Below are positions 1 to 9,205 of a stretch of 41,244 bases of DNA, piece after piece. The stretch is from Deltaproteobacteria bacterium (GTDB lineage Bacteria > Desulfobacterota > Binatia > UBA9968). Numbering within the stretch: the stretch's first letter is position 1; the number at the start of each line of letters is the position of its first letter. A model generated the notes under the pieces. The model saw only the letters and a program-made list of their open reading frames with translations. It made no database searches and had not been told where the DNA came from. The DNA is taken from the NCBI GenBank assembly GCA_005879435.1, contig VBKX01000195.1, positions 1,021 through 42,264 on the forward strand. Direction: 5' to 3'. Both the position numbers and the translations under genes were made by a program.

Positions 1-213
1 TGGGGTAGTCTTAATAAGCCCCTTTTTCATCGTTTCCTCATTGAACGTTGTGCCGGCGGGAATATCCTGGGCGGCGACGACGATATCTTGGTTCGCCGCC
101 TTTAGGGCATCCTCCGTTTTTTGTCGCTCACTCAGAAAATTATAAATTCCATAGGCAGCGATGAGACCGAAAAATACCGCAACCACTAGCGCAATCTTCA
201 ACCTATTCTGCAT
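1..213 (-). CDS. cpaB: Flp pilus assembly protein CpaB/RcpC, N-terminal part (continues beyond the window's left edge)
   Basis: Not in the ORF track because it runs off the edge. My reverse-strand translation from the ATG at 213..211 is MQNRLKIALVVAVFFGLIAAYGIYNFLSERQKTEDALKAANQDIVVAAQDIPAGTTFNEETMKKGLIKTTP. That is an N-terminal TM helix followed by the 'VVAA.DIPAGT' start typical of CpaB. It sits directly downstream of flp and cpaA. Confidence 0.75.
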   Translation of the reverse strand, partial: MQNRLKIALVVAVFFGLIAAYGIYNFLSERQKTEDALKAANQDIVVAAQDIPAGTTFNEETMKKGLIKTTP

Positions 214-297
214 ATCAGCTCCTCATCAACGGTCATTGTTTTCCAAGAAATTGTAATCCACGCTCGAACTCTTTTGGACAATCATGGCTAACTACAT

Positions 298-840
298 TCA
301 GAAACCTGCCCAACGACCGCTCGGGTCAACGTAATAGGCTATTAACGTTCCAGCCGCAAATGCGACTCCCCAAGGTACCGATTTGCTACGCACGCCCATC
401 TTTGTGCGCACGACGGGGTCAGGCAGAACGTTCCCCATGCTCAAGACCGCAACCTTAAAGTCTAACCAAAATACTTTGAAACGAGAGACGTTGGCTAGAC
501 CGATCGATAAATATCCGAAAGCAATCAGTCCAGCGACAAAAGCAGAATAGAAAAACACGCGCGGCAGCCATGAGACCCCCAAAAGTGCGCCAACCACGCC
601 GAAGTATTTTACATCGCCAGCACCTATCCATCCAAGCGCAAACGGAAGGATCAGCATTGCGATTCCAACTACAATACCCAGTAAGCTCTGAATCAAATAG
701 TGAGATCCTTGGAAAGCATTCAAGATAACACCGCAAATTAGGCCGATAGCTATCAGCCAATTCGGGATTCTTCGCACTTTTAAATCGAAGAACGCCGACA
801 GGCAACTCACAAGAAATATGACCGCATCAGCAAGATTCAA
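298..840 (-). CDS. cpaA: A24-family prepilin peptidase (CpaA/TadV type, no methyltransferase domain)
   Basis: 180-aa polytopic protein with 'FDLKVRRIPNW' and 'GAGDVKYFGVVGALLG' (the two Asp motifs of TadV/CpaA). The start codon is TTG, so the exact start is uncertain. Located between flp and cpaB. Confidence 0.85.
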   Translation of the reverse strand: MNLADAVIFLVSCLSAFFDLKVRRIPNWLIAIGLICGVILNAFQGSHYLIQSLLGIVVGIAMLILPFALGWIGAGDVKYFGVVGALLGVSWLPRVFFYSAFVAGLIAFGYLSIGLANVSRFKVFWLDFKVAVLSMGNVLPDPVVRTKMGVRSKSVPWGVAFAAGTLIAYYVDPSGRWAGF

Positions 841-925
841 AACTTTAAAACGTAATTATTAGCTGACAAAGGGTACACTTCATACCAAAGCTTGTCAATT
901 AAATTTGGCCAGCCGCTCCTGGAAG

Positions 926-979
926 CCAATGGCTCGGCTCGATAATGGAACCGTGTCCCACATCAAGCCGAGCCATTGG
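926..979 (-). promoter_or_regulatory. Perfect 14-bp stem / 26-nt loop hairpin in the flp-cpaA intergenic region
   Basis: ccaatggctcggct (926..939) is the exact reverse complement of agccgagccattgg (966..979). No U-tract follows on the minus strand, so it is not a canonical intrinsic terminator. Confidence 0.55.
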
Positions 980-996
980 GAACATAACACCGGGTC

Positions 997-1191
997 TTAC
1001 GAGGACGTTGTGCACCCCTGAGGATCACCGACGCAAGCCGTAACCTTGCTCCAACCACTAGCCAACTGACTGCCGATGTTCGTATTCTTAATGGCAACCC
1101 AGAAGACCAGCGCAACTAGCACGACGATCAAAGTGTACTCAACCAAACCTTGACCATCCTCTTCGACTACCAAACGCTTTAGAAGCTCCAT
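997..1191 (-). CDS. flp: Flp-family type IVb pilin
   Basis: MELLKRLVVEEDGQGLVEYTLIVVLVALVF... carries the Flp signature (G/xxxxEY followed by a hydrophobic helix). The ATG at 1191 is preceded by AAAGGGGGTG (SD) 8 nt upstream. The ORF-track start at 1212 is a GTG lying inside that SD. Confidence 0.85.
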   Translation of the reverse strand: MELLKRLVVEEDGQGLVEYTLIVVLVALVFWVAIKNTNIGSQLASGWSKVTACVGDPQGCTTSS

Positions 1192-1275
1192 GAATCGTTC
1201 ACCCCCTTTCACAATATGAGCTAGTGTCTTTTTTATTTAAAATTCAGTCAATCAATATAACGCATCGGGAACAAC

Positions 1276-1290
1276 GCAGAATACGTGCCA
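1276..1290 (-). promoter_or_regulatory. Candidate sigma-54 (-24/-12) promoter for flp
   Basis: The minus strand reads TGGCACGTATTCTGC, i.e. TGGCACG-N4-CTGC with GG-N10-GC spacing. It lies about 85 nt upstream of the flp ATG. Confidence 0.6.
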
Positions 1291-1695
1291 AAACGCAGAT
1301 TGGTAGAATTTCAGCTAATTATAACTCTGGTCATCTAAATTTGGTCGGTTTGCCTTGACAAAATTGACACCAGGTTTGAAGTTAGTGACACAAAACGGGC
1401 GATAGTTAGTCCGTCGGTTTGAACGTTGACTCGGGTGCCCCCCAAGCCGTAAACATTAAAATTCACGGAGAATTGCACGGATTTTATTGGGCCCCTCACA
1501 AAAGCACAGTTTCTTGCTTTAGGGCGACAACCTCGACCAGAAGTATTCTATCGAATGAAGCCAGTAGCAAAGGGTATGCATTTTGCTAATCAAACCCGGG
1601 GAGTTTAGAAATCTTTCTCAATTGCCACAAACATGCCATAACATAAGATAGCCCGCAAAGAGAGAAAACCAGAAGAAACCGAAGGACAATAAAAA

Positions 1696-2652
1696 ATGAA
1701 CACCGTCCAAAAAGAGAACGTTCCACTCACGGTCTTGGTCATCGAAGACCACCCGGATCAACGAGACCTACTCGCAATCGTGCTTCAACGCGAAGGCTAT
1801 CGGGTCATCACTGCCGCGAATGGGGTGGAAGCGCTGGAAAGGCTGGAGACAGAAAAGGTCCAAATTGCTCTTTCAGACATCATGATGCCGAAAATGGACG
1901 GATTTGAACTCATCAAACGGATCCGCAGCAATCCGACGTTGAAAAATATTTATCTTATATTGATCACCGCTCGAATCCAAGAAGGCGACCGAGTGCGAGG
2001 CCTTGATCTGGGAGCCGACGACTACATTACGAAGCCGTTTTCGTTTTCCGAATTGCTCGCTCGGATCCGCGTGGGATCGAGAGTCGTCCAATATCAGCAG
2101 CACCTCGAATATCAAACTCAGGTTGATTCACTTACTGGACTTTTCAATCGTCGGGCGTTCGAGAAAAAAATTCAGGAAGAGTTTGAGCGCTCCAAACGAT
2201 ATCGTAACCCGTTATCTCTGCTCATTTTGGATATCGACAATTTCAAGATGATCAACGACACCTATGGTCATCATGGCGGCGACGCCGCCCTCGTGAAAAT
2301 TTCCGAAACTTTTCGCGAAAAAACACGGCAAAGCGATTTCCCATCTAGATACGGTGGAGAAGAGTTCGTTCTCGTTTTACCGGAAACAGACCAAGATAGC
2401 GCGTTGCAAGTAGCAGGGAAGATCCATGAGGCGATTCGGTCCTGCGCTTTCGGCACAACTGCCCGTCCGTTTACGCTGACGGTGAGCATTGGTGTCAGTT
2501 CTACTTCAGCAAGATTCTACACAGATTGGCGGGAATTGTTGGACGACGCGGACCGCGCGTTATACCTTGCAAAAAACTCCGGTAAAGACCGCATTGAGAT
2601 TTGGGAGCCTGAAAAAAGGACTGGCCAGATTCAAACTTCCGTCCATCCCTGA
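1696..2652 (+). CDS. Response regulator with diguanylate cyclase output (REC-GGDEF, PleD/WspR-like)
   Basis: REC domain (VLVIEDHPDQRDLL..., 'ALSDIMMPKMDG', 'ADDYITKPF') followed by a GGDEF domain with an intact 'RYGGEEF' active site and 'DSLTGLFNRR'. Confidence 0.9.
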   Translation: MNTVQKENVPLTVLVIEDHPDQRDLLAIVLQREGYRVITAANGVEALERLETEKVQIALSDIMMPKMDGFELIKRIRSNPTLKNIYLILITARIQEGDRVRGLDLGADDYITKPFSFSELLARIRVGSRVVQYQQHLEYQTQVDSLTGLFNRRAFEKKIQEEFERSKRYRNPLSLLILDIDNFKMINDTYGHHGGDAALVKISETFREKTRQSDFPSRYGGEEFVLVLPETDQDSALQVAGKIHEAIRSCAFGTTARPFTLTVSIGVSSTSARFYTDWRELLDDADRALYLAKNSGKDRIEIWEPEKRTGQIQTSVHP

Positions 2653-2657
2653 GCCAA

Positions 2658-3860
2658 ATGCCGCCGCGATGCGTTATCAGCATAACTATCGTTTTCATAG
2701 CGATAGCAGGCGCCACTCTGTCAGCGGCCGATATTTACAGCAGCCCGAAGTCCTCATTGGAATTTGCACAATCCCGCGAATCCGTTACTCATCCGCGCCA
2801 GGGGTTAAAACCTTCGCGAAGAGACGAAGTGATTACGAGCCGGTTTGGATCATTGAGAGAACTACTGGGAACCAATAAAGAACTGGTTGTTTATGGCGCA
2901 ATTGCTTTTTTTGGAATACTGATGATGGGTTTGGCAATTGGTAGCGCGTCGTCAAATTCAAAAAACAAGACGGCCGCACAATTGGCGCTTCTGAAGCAAG
3001 AAAAGGAAAAGGCAGAAAATCTCGCCAAACTAAAATCAGAGTTTCTAAATCAAGTCTCGCACGAGTTGCGCACGCCTTTAGCTGTTATCATTGGTTATAT
3101 CGAATGTATCACAGACGGGCTCTATGGGGAGATCGAACCGAAACATCATGAAATTCTTCAAGTCGTCGCTAAGCAATCCACGCACCTAAAGAATATGATC
3201 GACCAGATATTGATTTTCTCGCGGTTAGAGGCCGGCAAGCAACCGATTCGAATAGAAGAGATACAACTGACTAAGGTCATCAATGACCTCAAGGACACTT
3301 TCGAGTTTCTTTGCCGCCAAAAGGGAATCGAATTGTGCTGGGAGCTTACGAGGGATCCCCTACCCATCCACAGCGACGCGACTCGTTTAAAGGAAGTCAT
3401 CAGCAATCTCTTGCAGAATGCCGTGAAATATACCGATCGCGGCTCAATCACGGTGCGATCGAAGAAAATGCCAACCCAGGATTCCGTATCGGTCGAAGTT
3501 AAAGATACGGGGATGGGTATTTCCGAACAACATTTAACGAACATATTCGAACCTTTCATGCAGGTTCATAAGACGTCCACCGAAAATTCGCGGGGCGGTA
3601 TAGGATTGGGGTTAAGTATTGTAAAAAAACATTTAGAGCAAATGGGGGGAACGATAAGTGTTGAAAGTGAGCTAGGTAAGGGGTCCATCTTCCGAATTAT
3701 TCTCCCACGAAAGCACGACAAGCAGAAATCACGGACGAGCCGCCTCATAGACTTCGTTAAGCGTCGCTCTTTGAGTCCTAACAGCGAGCATCCTGCCATA
3801 ACTCCACAAACAGAAACACGGGAGCGAAAGGTAGCCAATACCGGCCATATGATGGGTTAG
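2658..3860 (+). CDS. Membrane sensor histidine kinase (HisKA + HATPase_c)
   Basis: N-terminal hydrophobic segments, H-box 'SHELRTPLAVIIGY', N-box 'NLLQNAVKYT', 'DTGMGI' and 'GGIGLGLSIVKK'. It starts 6 nt after the REC-GGDEF gene. Confidence 0.85.
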   Translation: MPPRCVISITIVFIAIAGATLSAADIYSSPKSSLEFAQSRESVTHPRQGLKPSRRDEVITSRFGSLRELLGTNKELVVYGAIAFFGILMMGLAIGSASSNSKNKTAAQLALLKQEKEKAENLAKLKSEFLNQVSHELRTPLAVIIGYIECITDGLYGEIEPKHHEILQVVAKQSTHLKNMIDQILIFSRLEAGKQPIRIEEIQLTKVINDLKDTFEFLCRQKGIELCWELTRDPLPIHSDATRLKEVISNLLQNAVKYTDRGSITVRSKKMPTQDSVSVEVKDTGMGISEQHLTNIFEPFMQVHKTSTENSRGGIGLGLSIVKKHLEQMGGTISVESELGKGSIFRIILPRKHDKQKSRTSRLIDFVKRRSLSPNSEHPAITPQTETRERKVANTGHMMG

Positions 3861-3887
3861 TCTTGAATCCTGCCAACAAGCCCCCCT

Positions 3888-5489
3888 TTGACCGACACGC
3901 ACGGAGTTTTATCGTTGAGATTCGTGATGGCTAGAGACATCCACATCGCGCCAATTGCCGCTATCATAGTCCCATCGATCAGTAATATTGTTTTCGTTTC
4001 GGTGCTCTTTGTTTTGATTTTTGGTTCGGGAAGTGGTCTGCTCGGCGATGGCGACACTGGTTATCACATCCGAACAGGCGAATCGATCCTGCAAACCTGG
4101 CGCGTCCCAAGTCGGGACCCGTACTCATTCCACTATCCGCCACTCAATTGGACGGCTCACGAATGGTTGTCTGAACTCGTCATGGCGGCGTTTTTCAAAA
4201 TGTACGGCCTTACAGGGGTCGTGCTTTTTTTTGCGTTGTTGCTCGCTCTCACGCATTGGCTACTTTATAAAGTGCTTACGAGCCGTTCCGATGACGTCTT
4301 GTTGTGTATCGTCATCACCCTGCTCGCGACCGCCACATCCGCTACTCATTGGTTTGCACGCCCCCATGCTTTTTCCCTCCTGCTGACTGTTCTTTGGTGC
4401 CATGTTTTGGATCGATTTCAATTCGGCGATCAACGTTCCCTAGTTTATCTTCCCTTCCTTATGTTGCTTTGGGTCAATCTCCACGGCGGCTATATCATTG
4501 GGCTTATTCTCATTCTGATTTATTTGGCTGGCGCTATTTTCTATTTCTTCACCAAACCGCCGGAAGCATCACAGCAGTTCCTGCATAACGCTCAGCTCCT
4601 TTTTTATATTTTGATAGCGTGCGTTACGGTTTGCCTAGTCAATCCGGAAGGATTCGAGATCTTATGGTTCCCCATTCGGGTCACCTCTGATCGTTTTCTT
4701 ATGGATCGAGTCTCAGAATTCCTCTCACCCAATTTTCACGAAGCGCTGCCATTTAAGTATATGTTATTAGCCCTCATAGGCGCCCTCGCACTATCGCGAT
4801 CATCGCTTAACGTCATCGATCTTATGCTCGTCATCTTGTTGTCCTACATGTCCCTATATTCCGCACGACATGTTTCGCTTTTTGCGATCATTCTGGCTCC
4901 AGTGCTACTCAAGGCATGCGCCGGCATTATCCGTAGAGCCCCGGACGCTTTTGGGAGATTTTACCGCAAGCGTAACTTGAACTTGAGATCGATCGAGATC
5001 GGTGTACATGGATATGCTTGGCCCATGGCCAGTGTAGTTCTGATCGTTACTTTCGCTGCGGCAGGAAGCCTAAGCTATCGGTTTAACGACAAGATATTTC
5101 CCGTGGCCGCAGTAGAGTTTTTGCAACGAGAATCCATAGCCGGCAACATGTTCAACAACGACGAATTCGGCGACTACATGATCTTCACAGCTTGGCCACA
5201 GTACCGAGTCTTTATGGACGGCCGTTCCGATATGTACGGAGAAAAATACGGGGGCGATTACCTCAAGGTGGCCAATCTTCAACCAGGATGGAGGGAAATT
5301 CTTAAAAAATACAATATCAGCTGGGTCATTTTTGACACGGCATCAGCCCTCACGGCTGCTCTGCAGGACCAAAATGACTGGCAACCGATTTACTCTGACG
5401 CGGTAGCGACCATCTTTGTAAAAAAGGACATTGCGCATGCTTCGCTGTTGGCTAAGTATCCTTCGGTCAAACTAGCAAACAAGGAATGA
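3888..5489 (+). CDS. Polytopic inner-membrane protein with a C-terminal soluble domain; possibly a GT-C-fold glycosyltransferase
   Basis: 533 aa with more than 10 predicted hydrophobic helices, an early 'GDGDTGYH' loop, and a C-terminal soluble part ('VFMDGRSDMYG'). The ORF is clear; the function is only a fold-level guess, and the start is uncertain. Confidence 0.5.
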   Translation: MTDTHGVLSLRFVMARDIHIAPIAAIIVPSISNIVFVSVLFVLIFGSGSGLLGDGDTGYHIRTGESILQTWRVPSRDPYSFHYPPLNWTAHEWLSELVMAAFFKMYGLTGVVLFFALLLALTHWLLYKVLTSRSDDVLLCIVITLLATATSATHWFARPHAFSLLLTVLWCHVLDRFQFGDQRSLVYLPFLMLLWVNLHGGYIIGLILILIYLAGAIFYFFTKPPEASQQFLHNAQLLFYILIACVTVCLVNPEGFEILWFPIRVTSDRFLMDRVSEFLSPNFHEALPFKYMLLALIGALALSRSSLNVIDLMLVILLSYMSLYSARHVSLFAIILAPVLLKACAGIIRRAPDAFGRFYRKRNLNLRSIEIGVHGYAWPMASVVLIVTFAAAGSLSYRFNDKIFPVAAVEFLQRESIAGNMFNNDEFGDYMIFTAWPQYRVFMDGRSDMYGEKYGGDYLKVANLQPGWREILKKYNISWVIFDTASALTAALQDQNDWQPIYSDAVATIFVKKDIAHASLLAKYPSVKLANKE

Positions 5490-5668
5490 AACTTCGTTTT
5501 TTGCCCCCTTCTACTATAAGTGCACAGACATCCCGAGATATTCCGGTTCGTTCAATAACGTAGACACGCATTAACACAGACCGATCAGTGGGGCTGGAGG
5601 AGTCCATTTCTTATTCTTAGGCGCTCTCTGAGGAGAATGGGATCCGTTCTGGGTCGTAGTCTATTTGA

Positions 5669-5725
5669 GACAAATCTGGCGACATGATTACCGCAAAAAA
5701 ATTTTGTCATGACAAATCTGTCGAC
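5669..5725 (+). promoter_or_regulatory. Tandem 15-nt repeats (candidate activator-binding sites) upstream of the sigma-54 promoter
   Basis: GACAAATCTGGCGAC (5669..5683) and GACAAATCTGTCGAC (5711..5725) match at 14/15 positions, with starts 42 nt apart. The second contains a GACA-N4-TGTC inverted repeat and abuts the palindrome TTGTCATGACAA. They lie 85-140 nt upstream of the -24 element. Confidence 0.4.
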
Positions 5726-5808
5726 TCTAATGTCACCCAGCGGAGACTGCCTAGACCGCACATTTGACCAAGGGGTTCTTAACTGCCTGCAATCTCAAAT
5801 ATGTTCGC

Positions 5809-5823
5809 TGGCACAACCATTGC
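5809..5823 (+). promoter_or_regulatory. Candidate sigma-54 promoter for the EAL gene
   Basis: TGGCACAACCATTGC = TGGCAC-N5-TTGC, followed by T, with correct GG-N10-GC spacing. It lies about 113 nt upstream of the ATG at 5936. Confidence 0.65.
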
Positions 5824-5935
5824 TGCCGCATAATTCCGATCATCCAAGGGTCATGAAATTTCAATAATGCACTTCGGTAAACCTCAGCTGAGATCCGCTC
5901 GTTCGGATGACAAAAGGGCGGGATGGTTGTAATAA

Positions 5936-7336
5936 ATGAGTGAGATAATGGATAACAGCTCCGCCTCCGCAAGCGGTAACGCCGAATTCGAATTGCGCGT
6001 TCGTCAAGCCTTGCTTTCGGCGAAGCACAGCATTCCCCAGCTCGCCGTTTTACTCTTTGCGTTTAAACAATCTTTCAACTGCAATAATTCCAGGCAAACG
6101 GCCCTAAATAATTCAGTCTTGATCCGATTAAGAGGTGGCTTGCGCGATTCTGATACGGTTTCATTGCTGAGCAATGGGCACATCGGAATACTCTTACAAT
6201 CGGTACAAGGCCCTCGGGATCTCGATTTGGTCATAAGCCGTTTGTTGACCCGATTAGCCGAACCCTTACTCATCGATGGTCACGAGGTGGTGCTCGAGCC
6301 ACGGATAGGAACCGCGCTATTTCCCGAACACGGGGATAGCGTAAGAAGTCTGGTCGAGCACGCGGAAAACGAACTCAACCAGGCGAAAAACAATACAAAA
6401 CCCTACACAGCGTATTCATCGAATCCGCGGAGCCTATTTACTTCTCGACAATGGATGAGTGAGCTTCGCCAAGCAATTGTTACGGATCAGTTATTTCTCA
6501 CGTTTCAACCGAAAGTGAGTTTCTCGGAAGAACGAGTAACAGGCGTGGAGGTACTGCTTCGTTGGCAACATCCTGAGCACGGAGTCATCGTTCCGGATCA
6601 GTTTATACCGGTCGCCGAGCGTACTGGATTAATCATTCCTTTAACCCTATGGGTTCTGCAGCAATCGCTTCTCCAGTGTCGCCAATGGAATGACATGGGC
6701 CTGGATATCAGCATAGCTGTCAACCTAACAATGTGGAACCTCGAGGCACAAGAACTTCCAGAACAAATTGAAGCGCTGCTGCGCGATACAGGAGTGCCGC
6801 CAAAAAACTTGGAACTTGAAATCACGGAGACGAGCATCATGAGTGATCCCCAAAGGGTGATCCATACTCTAAACCAGATTCGTCAACTCGGCGCACGCTT
6901 CGCGATCGACGACTTTGGTACCGGATATTCTTCGTTCGCTTATCTTACCAAGCTGCCGGTCTCATGTATCAAAATTGACAAATCCTTTGTGCAGAGCATC
7001 GCAGCCGATCGAGATAATTCGGTAATAGTCAAATCTATCATCGACCTCGGGCATAATCTTGGTTTGAAAGTTGTCGCTGAAGGCGTAGAAACAGTTCATG
7101 CAAAAAAACTCCTCCGGGTATTTCAATGCGACGAGGGTCAAGGGTTTTATTATTGCCGCCCGATTCCGGCCGATGCAATGACTAAGTTCTTGTTACAGCC
7201 GCCCCTTGCTGTCAAGGAGCGGCTGTTCGCTGCGGAATCACCAGAGACAGAGGCAGTGAAACTCGCCGAGGACTACAATCCCAAGGTGCCAAATTTAGTG
7301 CTCACCACCAGCGAAAAACCCAACTCCATGGCTTGA
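5936..7336 (+). CDS. c-di-GMP phosphodiesterase: degenerate GGDEF-like N-domain plus a catalytically complete EAL domain
   Basis: EAL-domain motifs are present: 'EVLLRW' (an EVL variant), 'ELEITE', 'DDFGTGYSS', 'KIDKSF', 'EGVE' and 'QGFYY'. The N-terminal half is GGDEF-like but lacks the GG(D/E)EF motif. Confidence 0.85.
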   Translation: MSEIMDNSSASASGNAEFELRVRQALLSAKHSIPQLAVLLFAFKQSFNCNNSRQTALNNSVLIRLRGGLRDSDTVSLLSNGHIGILLQSVQGPRDLDLVISRLLTRLAEPLLIDGHEVVLEPRIGTALFPEHGDSVRSLVEHAENELNQAKNNTKPYTAYSSNPRSLFTSRQWMSELRQAIVTDQLFLTFQPKVSFSEERVTGVEVLLRWQHPEHGVIVPDQFIPVAERTGLIIPLTLWVLQQSLLQCRQWNDMGLDISIAVNLTMWNLEAQELPEQIEALLRDTGVPPKNLELEITETSIMSDPQRVIHTLNQIRQLGARFAIDDFGTGYSSFAYLTKLPVSCIKIDKSFVQSIAADRDNSVIVKSIIDLGHNLGLKVVAEGVETVHAKKLLRVFQCDEGQGFYYCRPIPADAMTKFLLQPPLAVKERLFAAESPETEAVKLAEDYNPKVPNLVLTTSEKPNSMA

Positions 7337-7409
7337 CAAGCTGACTGTTCCCAAGCAAACTATGCCTGCTTCTCTCATGCGAGCCCAAAAGACGAAAGGG
7401 ATCAAGATT

Positions 7410-7748
7410 ATGAAAAGACATGTAGCCTCAGGACTATCCGTGGTAATTCTGGCCATTGTCATTTCGATACCCGGCCAGGTGCGGGCACAACAAGCTGACG
7501 TACAAGAGGACAACGGCATTTTTGTATTGGGGAGTGTTCTATTCTCAATATTGCACGTCCCTATCAAGCTTGCGACCTGCGTCGGGACGCAAGCTACTGC
7601 GGCAGTTGCCTACACGGCAACCTTTGGCGTTCCTGGACACTACGATGGTGGTACAAATGGCAAAGACATTGGTGAAACGGCGCGCCGTAGTTGCACCGGA
7701 TCGTGGTTTATCACGCCGTCGCAAATCAAAAGTGACTACGGGAGTTAG
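7410..7748 (+). CDS. Small secreted or membrane-associated hypothetical protein
   Basis: MKRHVASGLSVVILAIVISIPGQVRAQQ is a signal-peptide-like N-terminus. I recognise no family. I prefer the ATG at 7410 to the ORF-track start at 7362. Confidence 0.45.
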   Translation: MKRHVASGLSVVILAIVISIPGQVRAQQADVQEDNGIFVLGSVLFSILHVPIKLATCVGTQATAAVAYTATFGVPGHYDGGTNGKDIGETARRSCTGSWFITPSQIKSDYGS

Positions 7749-7873
7749 TTCGCGTCTAGAACTCGAAACGAATATGAATCTTGTGCGGAATGTGCCTCTG
7801 CGAGAGAACTTGACGGCTTAATCGGCACCATCTAACAGAAAGCGACAGCGCAAGCAAACGTGATGTTTCGAAT

Positions 7874-8818
7874 TTAAGATCCTATGGTTGTCGTCATCGC
7901 TTCCACCGTTTTTTTCAATCCCTGCTCCACCCCTACGTTCGGCTCATAGCCAAGGATGCTTCGAGCCAAATGAATATCCGCCAACGAATGGCGTACATCG
8001 CCATTCCTGGTAGGCTCAAATTTAACTTTGGCTTTAACCCCAATTATCCTTTCGAGCGTCCCAATCAAGGTATTAAGGCTAATTCTTTCGCCATAGGCGA
8101 TATTGAAGACACGACCTACCGCGCCCTCAGCGTGTAGTGCGGCGATATTGGCTTGAACGACGTTTTCCACGTACGTAAAATCGCGGGACTGTTCACCATC
8201 ACCGAATACAATCAATGGCTGAAAGGCGAGGAGCCCCTTGATAAACTTGGGAATGACAGCGGAATATTCGGAATTAGGATCTTGACCCGGTCCGAATACA
8301 TTGAAATAGCGAAGCGAGACTGTCTCCAAACCGTACAAATCGTGGTACAACCCACAATAACGTTCGCCGACAAATTTCTGCAGCGCATAAGGCGATAGCG
8401 GATTCGGTGGCATATCTTCCCGTTTGGGCAAAACCGCCGTGTCGCCATAGGCCGACGACGAAGCTGCATAGACGAGTCTTCGTACACCTTGATTCCGGCA
8501 GCTTTCAAGCAGATTTAGTGTGGCCGTGATATTAGCGCAATTGCTCGTGATAGGGTCCCTAATCGAGCGTTGAACCGACGGAATCGCGGCTTGGTGAACT
8601 ACGTACTCGATGCCGTCGACAACACGGTCGCAAACCAAGGGATCGGCAAGATCAGCCTCGGTAAATTCGATCGTCGAGATGACATCGGTTAGACGCTGGA
8701 GATTGCCGGTGGAAAGATTATCAACGACGCGGACTCGATGGCCCTCTTTGACTAAACGCTGAACTATATGTGCCCCTATAAAACCAGCGCCGCCGGTTAC
8801 TAAAATATGATCAGACAT
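7874..8818 (-). CDS. SDR-family NAD-dependent sugar-nucleotide epimerase/dehydratase
   Basis: 'ILVTGGAGFIGAH' Rossmann motif, 'SSSAYG' and the 'YALQK' catalytic YxxxK. Length is typical at 314 aa. Confidence 0.85.
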   Translation of the reverse strand: MSDHILVTGGAGFIGAHIVQRLVKEGHRVRVVDNLSTGNLQRLTDVISTIEFTEADLADPLVCDRVVDGIEYVVHQAAIPSVQRSIRDPITSNCANITATLNLLESCRNQGVRRLVYAASSSAYGDTAVLPKREDMPPNPLSPYALQKFVGERYCGLYHDLYGLETVSLRYFNVFGPGQDPNSEYSAVIPKFIKGLLAFQPLIVFGDGEQSRDFTYVENVVQANIAALHAEGAVGRVFNIAYGERISLNTLIGTLERIIGVKAKVKFEPTRNGDVRHSLADIHLARSILGYEPNVGVEQGLKKTVEAMTTTIGS

Positions 8819-9205
8819 AGATCAGGCAGGAACACTCATGCGAGATCATCTCGGTATGCTCAAAATACCAACAACTCTTTTGGATCAAATTTGGCATCCC
8901 AACATTTCACAATTTAATTATCAATAATGAGGGAAGTGTGGCAAGAATGCAAACAGCTACCGGACTCAAAATAGCAAGACACAGCAGCGGCCGCAATCCT
9001 GATTTGATTTTCAATTTGACGGTAAACGTAGTTTTCCCTGGTAACAGCAAACCAAGAGAGTCCTCCGCACCACCAAAGAGGTTATTCCAGGGCTAACCAT
9101 TCTTCCGATCGCGCCCAGCCGAGCAAGACTAAAGTGGCACGATCTAGCGGTTGAGCTTCAAAGAATCGCTGAACCCGTCCAGTGAGGTCACGTAGTCACC
9201 ACTAC

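Noticed and set aside
1192-1695. c-di-GMP riboswitch (GEMM-I/II) in the flp leader or upstream of the GGDEF gene
   Set aside because: The flp leader is short and AT-rich. Neither strand shows the conserved GEMM cores (for example GGCAAACC...GGGACGCAAAGCC), only loose resemblances.
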